A DNA stretch of 64,000 bases from Lingula anatina (lineage: Eukaryota; Animalia; Brachiopoda), in NCBI GenBank assembly GCA_051362555.1, contig CM120643.1, positions 14,792,644 through 14,856,643 of the forward strand, given 5' to 3'. Made by a program: the position numbers and the translations under genes. This document shows, piece after piece, positions 53,849-64,000 of this stretch. The notes beneath the pieces were generated by a model that was given only the letters and a program-made list of their open reading frames with translations, did not search any database and was not told where the DNA came from. Positions within the stretch are counted from its first letter, which is position 1, and every line of letters starts with the position of its first letter.

Positions 53849-55415
53849 CACAGTTACATGAATGCATTTACAATTGGATGGATAGTACACAGACAATATA
53901 CAATATATTCCTTCAAAACTTTAAAACTTGCAAATTGTCTATACAAATGTTATTTCGTTTGATAAGAAATATTGAATGTCACGTGTGTTGAAAATATACT
54001 GATGTAAGTAATTTTCCAGTCTTATAGCCCGGAATCTCTTTACCTCTACCCCGTCAATGATTCTACATGGGAAGACATACAGAAATTACAGGTACTCATT
54101 TCAATTTTTGAGAGAAGATTTACAGTATGTCAAGTGTTATATATCTCATAGTTTGCATATGCTTTGTTAAATTATTTGGTAATTTTTTCTGTTGTTTTGG
54201 AAAGCCTTCGCAGGGATTTACTTTGAATTGTGTTTTGAAGTTACTGGTTATGCTTGCCAATTGTCTAAAATACGGTGATGCTTTTATTAAAAGAAATGTT
54301 TTTTTCCATAATGAAAGGCAAAGCTAATAGGGTCTTTTTGCTTCTTCTTTTTAATTTTTCTTTTTTCTTTCAGACGTGCGAGGAAAAGACCTCCACTGCC
54401 GATGCACAGGCTAACAACATCATCCCGCTATCACCAAGTTCACCATGGTCTGGGTGTATGGAGAGAGGCGATGACATTAGCTGCGTTCTCGGCCGAACCT
54501 TCAGGTCCGTCAGACCACGGTGTTGGAGATTTGTGGTCGCAAATTGCAACTCTACACAGGTATAACATAGTGAACTTTAAATAACTTTTATTAAATTAAA
54601 TAATTTTTTATTAAATAAGAACCCCCAAACTCACATTCACCCACCCACCCACATTTTTCAAGCACGTCAGTGCCCCCTCCTCCCCTAATCGTCGCAATTT
54701 TTTTCAAATGGTAACAACAACATCCCAGCCCCCCGTACTACATTTACGAGCCTGAGTAAAGACATTTTATATAACAATGCATTGTAAATGACTAAAGCAT
54801 GTACAGGGATGTACACTGCAGGTTGCAGGGTGAAACGTGGGGGGGGGGGGGGGGTCAAGAGGGGCAGCGTCCTAAAGATATGATATAGAATTAAGTTGAG
54901 TAATAAGCTTACAATGTACCCTATAAGGAACCACGGCATACTACTGATACATGTACTATAACGCCGATGTTAGTATTGCTTAAAATGAAAATGACAGCTT
55001 TTATCCCTTTTTTTGACCACGCTCATCTTAGGGCCCTTCCCGGAGCGACTCTTCAGTATCTTTCAAGGGTCCCTGTCAGCTTTTAAAGCAAAATGTATAT
55101 ATATTTTTAATAGTTAGCCCTTCCCACTTAAAATTTGTTTCCTTATAGTATGAGAATTTAAATGCCCAAAAATCACATCGAATTTTACAGCTTTGCATAT
55201 GATTGCTATGTTTTAAATATATTAAAAGGCAATTTATATTTCCTTGGCAGGGCCTGCAGTTAAATTTCAAGCTGAATATTACTGACGGCGATTACCCTGT
55301 TTTCCCAACAAGAGCACCAATGACATCTGGAGTTACCCCAGAATCCGCCTGGACATTTACTGTTATTGTGTATGCCTTAGGGTCTGTCTTGGCATTCATG
55401 AACATGAAATTATAG
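50319..55415 (+). CDS. TMEM145/GPR180-like N-terminal (GOLD-like) domain-only protein with signal peptide and putative GPI-anchor tail; 202 aa
   Basis: Exons 50319-50432, 53745-53816, 54020-54091, 54374-54559, 55251-55415, all phase 0 and GT-AG. Protein: MNTAYFLVFCVLLATSYGDVWQKSGDFYIHQGNVSTQL/NWFHFSAFCMRNSSSVNFEFSFPT/SYSPESLYLYPVNDSTWEDIQKLQ/TCEEK..NNIIPLSPSSPWSGC..SCVLGRTFRSVRPRCWRFVVANCNSTQ/GLQLNFKLNITDG..TSGVTPESAWTFTVIVYALGSVLAFMNMKL*. It matches the recalled TMEM145 pattern W.FL.RFC, LLY.D...W, WSGC, R.FRS.R.RWW....C, GLQL.Y....TNG. AATAAA at 55632. Confidence 0.88.
50554..50710. ncRNA. Inverted pair of degenerate minimal type-I hammerhead ribozyme motifs (Penelope-type)
   Basis: Plus 50661-50694: UCC-CUGgAGA-A-GGC-ACAGAA-GCC-GAA-AGCU-C-GGG. 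Minus 50610-50577: UCC-CUGAAGc-A-GGC-ACACAA-GCU-GAA-AcCU-C-GGG. Flanks are also inverted (GATCAACT / AGTTGATC). Confidence 0.6.
52479..52578. repeat. Three diverged tandem units of about 33 bp
   Basis: The pattern C(C/T)GAG.G(C/T)CATA(G/A)ATTG...AAA...AC is repeated three times. Confidence 0.6.
53235..53323. mobile_element. Single-arm partial copy of the 37939-38214 foldback MITE
   Basis: CAGGCCTAACCAACTACCAGAATCAGCACATAAGGACCCTGAATTAACCGGTATATCGGACCACACTACCCGTTTTCAAG is nearly identical to the TIR. Confidence 0.85.
53468..53544. repeat. (TATAA)n pentanucleotide microsatellite
   Basis: Direct reading. Confidence 0.95.
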
Positions 55416-57296
55416 TTTATCGAGGCGGCATTTGTCTAATTGGAGCCAAAATAGAGCATTTGGAAACGTGTTTAAACTTACAGCGTAATAGTTCATGAGA
55501 TACCTGTTACATGACAGGGACATATGTCATATCACGATTTAATAGCAGAGACATGAAAAATTTTGGTGTTTGCTTTATAGAGAAGTATTCGAGAGCCTTT
55601 ATGTTTTTTTTTTAAATAATTTCCTCGTTGAAATAAACATTTATACATGCAAACTACCGGGTTTTTTATGTACATTTCAAATCGCCCACGAGTAAAAATT
55701 GCCAAGGTCTCGACGAGCGTAATGTTACAAATGCCAAATAACCACAAGAGCTAGCTTTTCAGTGGAAGATACACTACAACGGGCTTTTTTCTCAAATCCT
55801 ACCATTACATTAAGCCAGATAAAATCTGAGTCGGTTCAATAGCGCAATGGACAATAATTCTGAGAACATCAGATTTTTTGCACCTATTTTTCCTTATTAG
55901 TGAAAAACGCATTGGGTTATGTATGGTTTAGTCTACCGATCTTGTTTACAGAGAGCCGCAGCTCGCCTACCAAATTATCAGTTTTGTCTGATTTCATGTT
56001 AGTTTTTTTTTTTTTTTTTGGTTCAAACGCATTGCACACTTTTATATAGGACTCGTAACTCCAGTGATACGAAAGACTAAGCATAGTTTAAATCATTCTA
56101 ATGAACAAAAAGTGTTAATTTACCATTACATTCTACTTTATTGGAGCTAAGCGAACAGAGCAATAATATTGCAATAAAATCAATTTTTAGACATTAAGTA
56201 AAATGTTTATTACTTTTTGTTATTTTTATGCATAAAGTGTCATTGTTATTGTGTACTTTTACTGATTTACATGTAGAGTGATTCGTGCACTGGATTAAAC
56301 TGCCTGTCTCTAAGTCCCTTCGTGAAGCAGCTTCTGATAACACGAGTCCGGCTGACTTTCTGTTCATTATAATCCCGTTTGAACGCACCTCCTAAGACAT
56401 ATTTCCGGTTTATTTTGGTCCCGTGTGAACACACCTCTATGCCATCCATGCCTTTTCACCGCACGGTTTAACATCTAAGCTATTTGAATCAACATGTTGT
56501 CAAATGACCTGAACCTGTTGTTTGATATATAGGGATTATAATCAGTACGCATTTTTAAATGTAAATCCGTTCGTTGCAATATGAAGACCTCGTCATTCAT
56601 GTAAACACCTTCTGTGTAACCTTTGGTTTTAGCACCATTTTTTCTTGGCCTAATCAGTGTTTTAGACGACATGTTGGGTAAGGTCTTAGACTTTTTCCAA
56701 TTCCAGCTGCGCTGCTAGAACAGCCTCGGTCTGGTTACTAATTGATGATGTATTGGGATTTGGAGGAACACAAATGCAGGTGTACCTCTGATATCCAGTC
56801 TTAGAGGAACACAATCAACGTTAGAATTTTTTTAAATTATAAAGCACTCTTTTTTTTTTCCTGGCACTTTCAGCACTTTCAATCTCAACACCAAGGTGTA
56901 CACTGTCCAGAATCGTTCAAATATTACAATGTACTGTGCACAACCATTGTTTCCTTCATAAGTTATTATATTTTCCGTCATAATGGACGCTAGTTAAATT
57001 AACCAAATTCCAGCCACATTTCGAGACTGGCTATATTGAAATAAGAAACCTACAATCGCCGATTAATAGATAAAATTGGTATTGGATATGGCTACGGCTT
57101 GGTGATGAGGGGAATAATTCTGATCATTGATAACCAAAGCATGTACCGTAGTCTTACTCCAATATGAACAAAGACTCCTGAAATAAATTGATATTAATCT
57201 CGAGTTGCAATTGGACAGTACTTAATGCCCACAGAAACTGTGTCTACAATTATGTTTTGAATCTTACCCTATTTCGATTGAGACACAGCGGTCTCA

Positions 57297-57493
57297 GAAA
57301 GGATGTAGACCTTTAATTACTCAACCCCTATAGCGATCTTGATTATCTTGGTAAAAGTTATAACTCTCATTGGTGACAGTAGCTAATCTAGGTTGAAAGG
57401 ATGTCGACTTTTAATTCCTTAACTCTTATAGCGATCCTGATTATCTTGGTAAAAGTTATAACTCTCATTGGTGTCAGTAGCTAATCTAGGTTG
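57297..57493. repeat. Two tandem copies of a unit of about 98 bp
   Basis: GAAAGGATGT.GAC.TTTAATT..TATAGCGATC.TGATTATCTTGGTAAAAGTTATAACTCTCATTGGTG.CAGTAGCTAATCTAGGTTG occurs twice. Confidence 0.9.
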
Positions 57494-58614
57494 GTCAATT
57501 GCACTGATTGTGGGTCAAACATTCTCTGACGTTTTTAGACCAATGTCCGTAAGTCGGCTTTGCGTAGTTGACTATCTGATTTTAGCATTCTCTAGGCATA
57601 GCCCATGGACGTGGACTTTTTGCTCAAAAGGCCTCACGGTGTGACGTCGATTTGTTCGAATGTTCGGAAAGCATGGTATTAATTTCCAGGGGCAAATTTT
57701 GGTGTTCACCAAATTATCACTAAATGATGATAAACGACAAGATTGCGTGTCACAGAGAGCTTGAGCTAGCCCTATAATCATAAATTTTCATTCAGTTACC
57801 GTGGATGTATTGGTTTCATGTTAGCACATTTTGAATTTCGCTGGACAGAAAACTGTAATAACCAGCCTGTTGGTTGTTCAGGTTCTTCCGTTGTTTTTCA
57901 CCAATAAGTCAACTGGGACAGGCAGATATAGTTTTCTGCTACATAGTTTATTTAACTGCAAAACTCAGGTCTCTGCAACTATAAGTGTGTCTGTCCATCT
58001 AGCTATCTGTCTCCTTCTGTGTGGCTCTTAATTTAGATTTTTAATTAACTTCCATAACTGACATGCAACCTGTCATGCTATATTCTTCTGAATAAATTAA
58101 AACTTAATTGCACATGCATTCCACACCTTCCATCTATAACAGCTTGCATTTTAAATTTACTTTCCTAGCTGACATGCAACTTGCAACATACACATCTGTA
58201 GACATTAAAGCTTTTAAAATTGTAGATGCATTTTAAATAAACTTGTTCGAATTAATATGCAAATCACATCCAAACTATAACAACTATCAATGGTTCAATA
58301 CCAGACGTTGTTTATACTATAGTATAAAAGCGAATTGAAGTATGCCTTTAATTTTTTTTTTACTGTAAATCTACATTATTTTATGCTAAATCCAATGTGG
58401 CTGGGAGTGAACGTTTTGCGACCAGACCTTGGCACTCAGATTTTCTCGTAGTCCTTTAAAAGAATCCTTCATTTGTGTTAATGGAATGCAAGTTTACATG
58501 AACTCCAAAATTCAGATATATGCTGGTCTTTTTTATTTTTCTCGAGTTAACAAAGACACAAGTACAGACGAAGTCAGAGTCAAGAGTCAGCAAGAGTCAT
58601 GGCAAACACATCTT

Positions 58615-61058
58615 CCACTGTTCAAAATTCAACCCACCTTGTTAAATTAATTAATAATCAAACGATCCTACGATTAAGATTTATAGACGTTGACAATGAG
58701 CTGTAAAGAAGATTTAGGACAATCTAATCTTCTCTCGACGGGATGCGCACGACTCTGATGGTTAAATAGCGAAACGTCACCATTTCATCTCGCTTTTGCG
58801 TCAATGCACGTCTTGGCCATAGTTAATACTCTTAATCAGCTTTATTTCGAGCAGACTCTTATTGATGGCAGTTCTATTATATAGGCAGTTACTGATATCA
58901 GGACACATGGATTTTCACGCGTGATGGAATGTGTTGTCGACTTTAACAACAACCAAAATTGAAAATAAAAGATATTGTATTAGGTGGTATCTACGTTAGA
59001 GCTACTGAGCTATTGTTGTTGAGCTTCGTGAACTCCATTGCCTCCAACGCTTTGTTCGAGTCTATCCAAATTTCCTGCGATTAGTGCCGATAAGGTATTC
59101 TGTGAAGCAGGGTACCTCACGGTTATTTAGACGACCCAATCCATGCTGTTTGTCTCTCAGTAAGGTTAAAGGAAGGTACTCCTGAATAAAACCAGAATAA
59201 CCAATTGAAGGTTTAAGGAGTTCGTTCACGTACGTGTTTGTGAAATTTTCTTGCCATCTCTCTCTCTCTCTCTCTCGGACTTTTAATTTAATATGTTTCA
59301 AATCATAGCACAAGTTATCTCCAACCTATCAAGCCGAATATACCCTGACTTCCACTTTCTTTTGCTTTTACCAATTTTCACCGCCAAAACAGAGGTTGTC
59401 ACGATTTTTCTGGAATCTGTGCTTCCCATCGGAGACACAAATACAGACACAGTATAGTTTTATAGAAGAAAATGCAGGCACACCTCGCAGCAAGAGTTGT
59501 AGCAAATAAGTGTTTCACTTTTCAAAATTCAACCTTGCTTAATATGTTAAATTGATTGATAATTAAGTTCCTACGAATAAGATTTATAGGGGTTGACAAT
59601 AAGCTGTATAGAAAATTTCGGACAATCTATCTTCTCACGATGGGATGCGCACGGCTCTGATGGTCAAATAGCGAAACGTCACCATTTCATCTCGCTTTTG
59701 CGTCAATGCACGGGTTTGTCTGTACCTATTACAGCCACTTTTGTCTTGCATCTACGTCTTGGCCATATTTGATAGTCTTAATAAGCTGTCTTTCGAGCAG
59801 ATTCTTATTGAGGACAGTAATTATATAGGCGGTTACTGATATCAGGACACATGAATTTTCACGTGTGAAGGAATGTGTTGTCGACTTTAACAACAACCTA
59901 AACTGACAATATGAGATATTGTATTAGGTGGTATCTACGTCAGAGCTACTGTTGTTGAGTTTCTTGAACTGAATTTGATCAATTTAATTAAAAATTTCTA
60001 CATTACTTTGCCCGAGGTTACAGACGGCTTGCAGTTACATACATGTACATGTGTTTACAGTAGTGCAGTCAAAGAAGATGCCTTGTACCAAATTTTGAAT
60101 TTTTTTCAAACTACTTATAACTTTATCGATATTATACTCAAAATACTCAAAACAAAATCTTATGCTTAAAAGGGTAACAACTCTTCACTTTGGCGGGAAA
60201 AGTGTCATAAAATAGATTTTCCTGGAGTATAAGACGATGTTCCCATACTAACCATTGGTACCTTCCGACATTCAAAGTTAGTTGATTGTTTGTGTGTGTG
60301 TGTGTGTGTGTGCGTGAGTGTGTGTGTGTGTGTGTGTTTATTTTAAATAATCTTTTTTGAGATTATTCCAGAGTATAACCATCTATGAAGGTTCACGTGG
60401 TCCAATGGCAAGCACAGATTTCAGAATAATTGCGATAACCACAGTTTCGGTGGTAAAATGAATTTATTATATTTTTATGTGTTGTTTGCAATTTTTTATT
60501 GTTTAATTTTGAATCTCGTACGAAGAGCTGTTATCTCTTTAACTTTCGTCCCTATATTAATTTTCAGGTTTAATAATGCACCAGAACATGCGAGTTATAT
60601 CGTCGACAAGAATAACAGTTTCTATCAATCAAAAAAGTTCACCTTGCCCATAAAATATTTTATCACCTGCTGTAACAGGTAATACTGATTACGGGAACAA
60701 CCGTCCAACATCATAGACAATGAACGATATGACAATCGTCCAGGAAATCAGGAGTGTTTTAAAACTAGTTTTTATCGTTCCATTTTTCAACAAGAAAGTA
60801 CTAAAGTACCTGTCGGTTTGCTGAATTATTAACCTCTATTGCCTCCAATGCTTTGTTCCAGTCTATCCAAATATCCTGCGATTTGTGGTGATAAGGTATT
60901 CTGTGAAGCAGGGTACCTCAATGTTGTTTAGATGATGTAGTTCATGCTGTTTGTCTCTTAATAAGGTTATTAGCAAGGTACTCCAGAATAAAACCAACTG
61001 AAGGTTGAAGAAGTTCGTCCACGTACGTGTTTGTGATATTGTCTCGCCACTCTCTCCC

Positions 61059-61096
<38 letters not shown>

Positions 61097-61620
61097 CTTT
61101 TAATTTAATATCTTTCCAATAATAACACAAGTCATATCCAACCCTTCAAGCCGAATATACCCTTACTTCCACTTTCTTTTGCTTTTACCAATTTTCTATA
61201 TTTATTTTTCATTTGGTCAACTACATGTAACAACCACTCTAACGGCATTTCATCATTACAAACGATTCCAAAAATGTAAACGCTTGTAAATAACCTTACT
61301 TGAAACCTAAACTAATACTTCATTCCATCCAATATTTCGTCTGGTTACAGTTGGATCGTTAATTTGTTTGTCTGGAAAAGTATCAGTTTATTTCTCAAGC
61401 CACTGACAAAACAGTACATAGCACAAATTTTTGTAATTATGGAAATGATTTCATCATTATTTGCTCATGCTCTTTCACTTAGGCGACTATTATCCCATAC
61501 AAATATTTAATTATATAGGTAGTTATTGATATCAGAACGCATGAATTTTCACGCTGTGAAGGAATGTGTTGTAACAATAACCTACATTGATTGTACATGT
61601 ATATATAAGATATTGTATTC
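58615..61620. repeat. Mosaic of diverged local duplications
   Basis: Block A (58615-59030) recurs at 59517-59968 and partly at 61515-61620. Block B (59030-59378) recurs at 60832-61195. Confidence 0.85.
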
Positions 61621-61625
61621 AGTCT

Positions 61626-61677
<52 letters not shown>

Positions 61678-61713
61678 GTTATGGCAATTATTCTGAAATC
61701 TGTGCTTGCCATC

Positions 61714-61783
<70 letters not shown>

Positions 61784-61959
61784 CGGGTAGACCTTCATTC
61801 TCTTAGGAGAATATTACAAAAATACACACTTTTCAGAAAAAAACATGGACTAACTTTGAATGTCCGAACGGATTCCTTAAATGTTGGTTAGTGCGGGAAA
61901 ATCGTCCTTTATCCCAGGAAAATCCGTTTTTAGACCAAAACGAACAGTTGTAATACCTT
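60170..61959. mobile_element. Possible Kolobok-like element or inverted pair of repeats of about 290 bp
   Basis: TTAA|AAGGGTAACAACT ... AGTTGTAATACCTT|TTAA. 60170-60445 is a diverged reverse complement of 61672-61959; a third fragment lies at 59375-59432. Confidence 0.45.
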
Positions 61960-63175
61960 TTAATTACCCATAGCTCATGGATCATACTGCATTGTGGACA
62001 AGAGGCCGAGAGTAACTTCCAGACTAGTCAGTAGTTTTCAATATGCTCCAAATGTACACCCCGAGTAACCAAGATTACTAGAAATGAAAATCTAACTCTG
62101 CCAATAAAAGAAGGACCGCATAAGGCGTGTAGACAATAGCGTTTATGTTCCAGTAACCTCTGAAACGCAGGTTGTAAGTGCCAGATTCGCACCCAGATAA
62201 AAGCATCATAAATCACCTAATGTCTAGGGGTGCCTAACCGCTTGAAAAAACATAACATTGATTTAATTCATCGTTAATTCCTCGTGGATGGCTATTTTGG
62301 TATCTCATCTCGCCATGTAAACATAAGGGCAATGTTATTTCTGAACTGGAAAGAAGAACCTCGTCAAAATATTCGGTGGTTTGGCAATTCATTTTAAGTT
62401 TTGCTAAAGACGATGCAAAAACAACTTGTGATTGCCCAGGGCAAAACAATGGCAAATCCCAAGACGCAGTTGAAATTAATTTGACCCTTGCAGTAGTTTT
62501 TAGTAAACCCATCACTCATTTATAGACTGGTTGCGATTGCTAATATTATTTTTTTTATTCTTTTTATTTTTAATAGCATCACTGAAACATTGCCATCGCA
62601 ATTTGTAACTAATTCAGCGTCTCAGAATTTTGGTTGCTGCACTCTCGAGCACCCAGGGTATAAGAGATTACTGGAAACTTTTCAAGTCCGGTAACACGCA
62701 GAGGTGCGTTTATGAACGCATTCATAACAGCGGACTAACAGATCTGCGGATCAAATATGGCCACCTATTAAAAACTTTGCCTCCTAATTCCCGATTAGAC
62801 ACTGAATAGATTCCCCGCGGGGATTACGTGACAATCATTCAAGTGAGTTGCCATATTTCATCCGCGGATTTGTAAGTCCGCTGTTCTGAATGCGATTTAT
62901 ATTCATGGTGAGTTTCCGGTGACAAGTGAAACTCAGGGTTCACGGTAGACGAAAATAAATTAATGTTAAATGACAGCGCCCTGCTTTGTCGGCAAATTAG
63001 AAAGTTTGTGTACGTAAATATATAAATATTCATCCATAGCAACGAACTGCAGGACTGTGAACCTCCATATTGCAATATACTTAACTTTTTCTAAAGATGA
63101 TATTATAGTTGTCCGTTTTAACGTTTAAGCTCATGCTTACATGTACTTGATAAGAACTACACATACCAAGACTAT

Positions 63176-63376
63176 GGGCGCATTCCCATAGATTTTAGAT
63201 CGATCTATCCCCGCGGGGAGTCTCACTAGATTACTTTCAGATAATCCGACTTAAATGTCCGTCCCGCCTACTACAAGCTGTAAGGGTGTAATTAACTTTC
63301 GTGTCCGCCCGGCTGACAGCTATTTAGCGTGAACCCCCAGGGAGTTAGGTCGATCTAATGTATGGAAATGGGGTGT
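63176..63376. mobile_element. Second copy (reverse complement) of the 10394-10607 MITE
   Basis: GGGCGCATTCCCATAGATTTTAGATCGATCTA...TAGGTCGATCTAATGTATGGAAATGGGG. The internal AAATGTCCGTCCCGCCTACTACAAGCTGTAAGGG is the exact reverse complement of about 10498-10531. Confidence 0.8.
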
Positions 63377-64000
63377 TTTACATCACTACAGGTAAATTAC
63401 AGCAATTCTCTTTGTTTGTTAAACTACGTGTATAAATACTTGAAAACATATCACGATTAACAGTACAGATGAAACATTTGATGTTGAAAAATACAAAACT
63501 ATGGGAAACATCTGGTCATTCCCCAATTATTGAGAAGCCTGGATAAACAATAATTGAGCAGAAAGATTTTACATTTACACCTCGTACAGAACTGCTCTTC
63601 ACCCGGCTTGAACCACGGGTCATTGCTCTTCTTCTGTGTTAATGAAGTTTTCTTAAACGACAAACGAATTCCTTCTCTCGAGAGTCCTGCATGGAAATTC
63701 ATTATTACCAGACACTCCGTGTTGAGTCATACATATTTTAGGCACGCAGTAGTGTTCGGTCGTGATACATTTGACGTAACGAAGAGCTATGAGTCATAAT
63801 ACCGTATGTTAAAACAGCCGATGATTTTCAAATAAAAAATACATGTATTTCCCATTTGTATATTAGAAACGGGAAAACCGATGTATTTCTGTAATCTACA
63901 ATTCATACAGCGTATATAATAAAGGGATAATGCCCTCTCGACTCTCTCTGATACAGACAGAACGTACCAAACGGGAAGGCGAGCGTGTGTACGATTCGTG

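Noticed and set aside
5017-55415. The four genes as one functional cluster
   Set aside because: Unrelated families, mixed orientation and kb-scale spacers; no evidence of co-regulation without synteny or expression data.
58753-58782. Hammerhead-like CTGATGG..GCGAAACGTC
   Set aside because: A9 is missing in both copies and stem I cannot form.

Overview
AT-rich, intron-containing animal genomic DNA, probably from a mollusc or other lophotrochozoan (inferred from repeat types and the frequent TACATGTA motif). No prokaryotic features, rRNA, intact tRNA or CRISPR were found. I spliced four complete multi-exon genes by hand with GT-AG junctions and consistent phases. (1) A 13-exon secreted astacin metalloprotease (+, 5017-14369, 760 aa): signal peptide, unusually long acidic propeptide, astacin, EGF, CUB and EMI-like domains. 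(2) A kyphoscoliosis-peptidase/transglutaminase-like gene with 5 coding exons (-, 31652-27951, 640 aa): MGCGASK acylation motif, Q27 tract, intact Cys-His-Asp triad. (3) A 4-exon membrane-anchored JmjC/cupin oxygenase-like gene (-, 44950-35865, 333 aa) with an intact HxD..H motif. (4) A 5-exon gene (+, 50319-55415, 202 aa) encoding only the TMEM145/GPR180 luminal domain, with the 7TM part replaced by a GPI-like tail; this is the most unusual item. Non-coding DNA holds Harbinger-type MITEs, a foldback MITE with a 5-bp TSD, a non-autonomous piggyBac, a Helentron/HINE, Penelope-type minimal hammerhead remnants, a 35/36-bp dimeric minisatellite, 397-bp tandem repeats, a possible cryptic spliced transcript and a mosaic of local duplications. 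Family assignments come from recalled motifs, not database searches.
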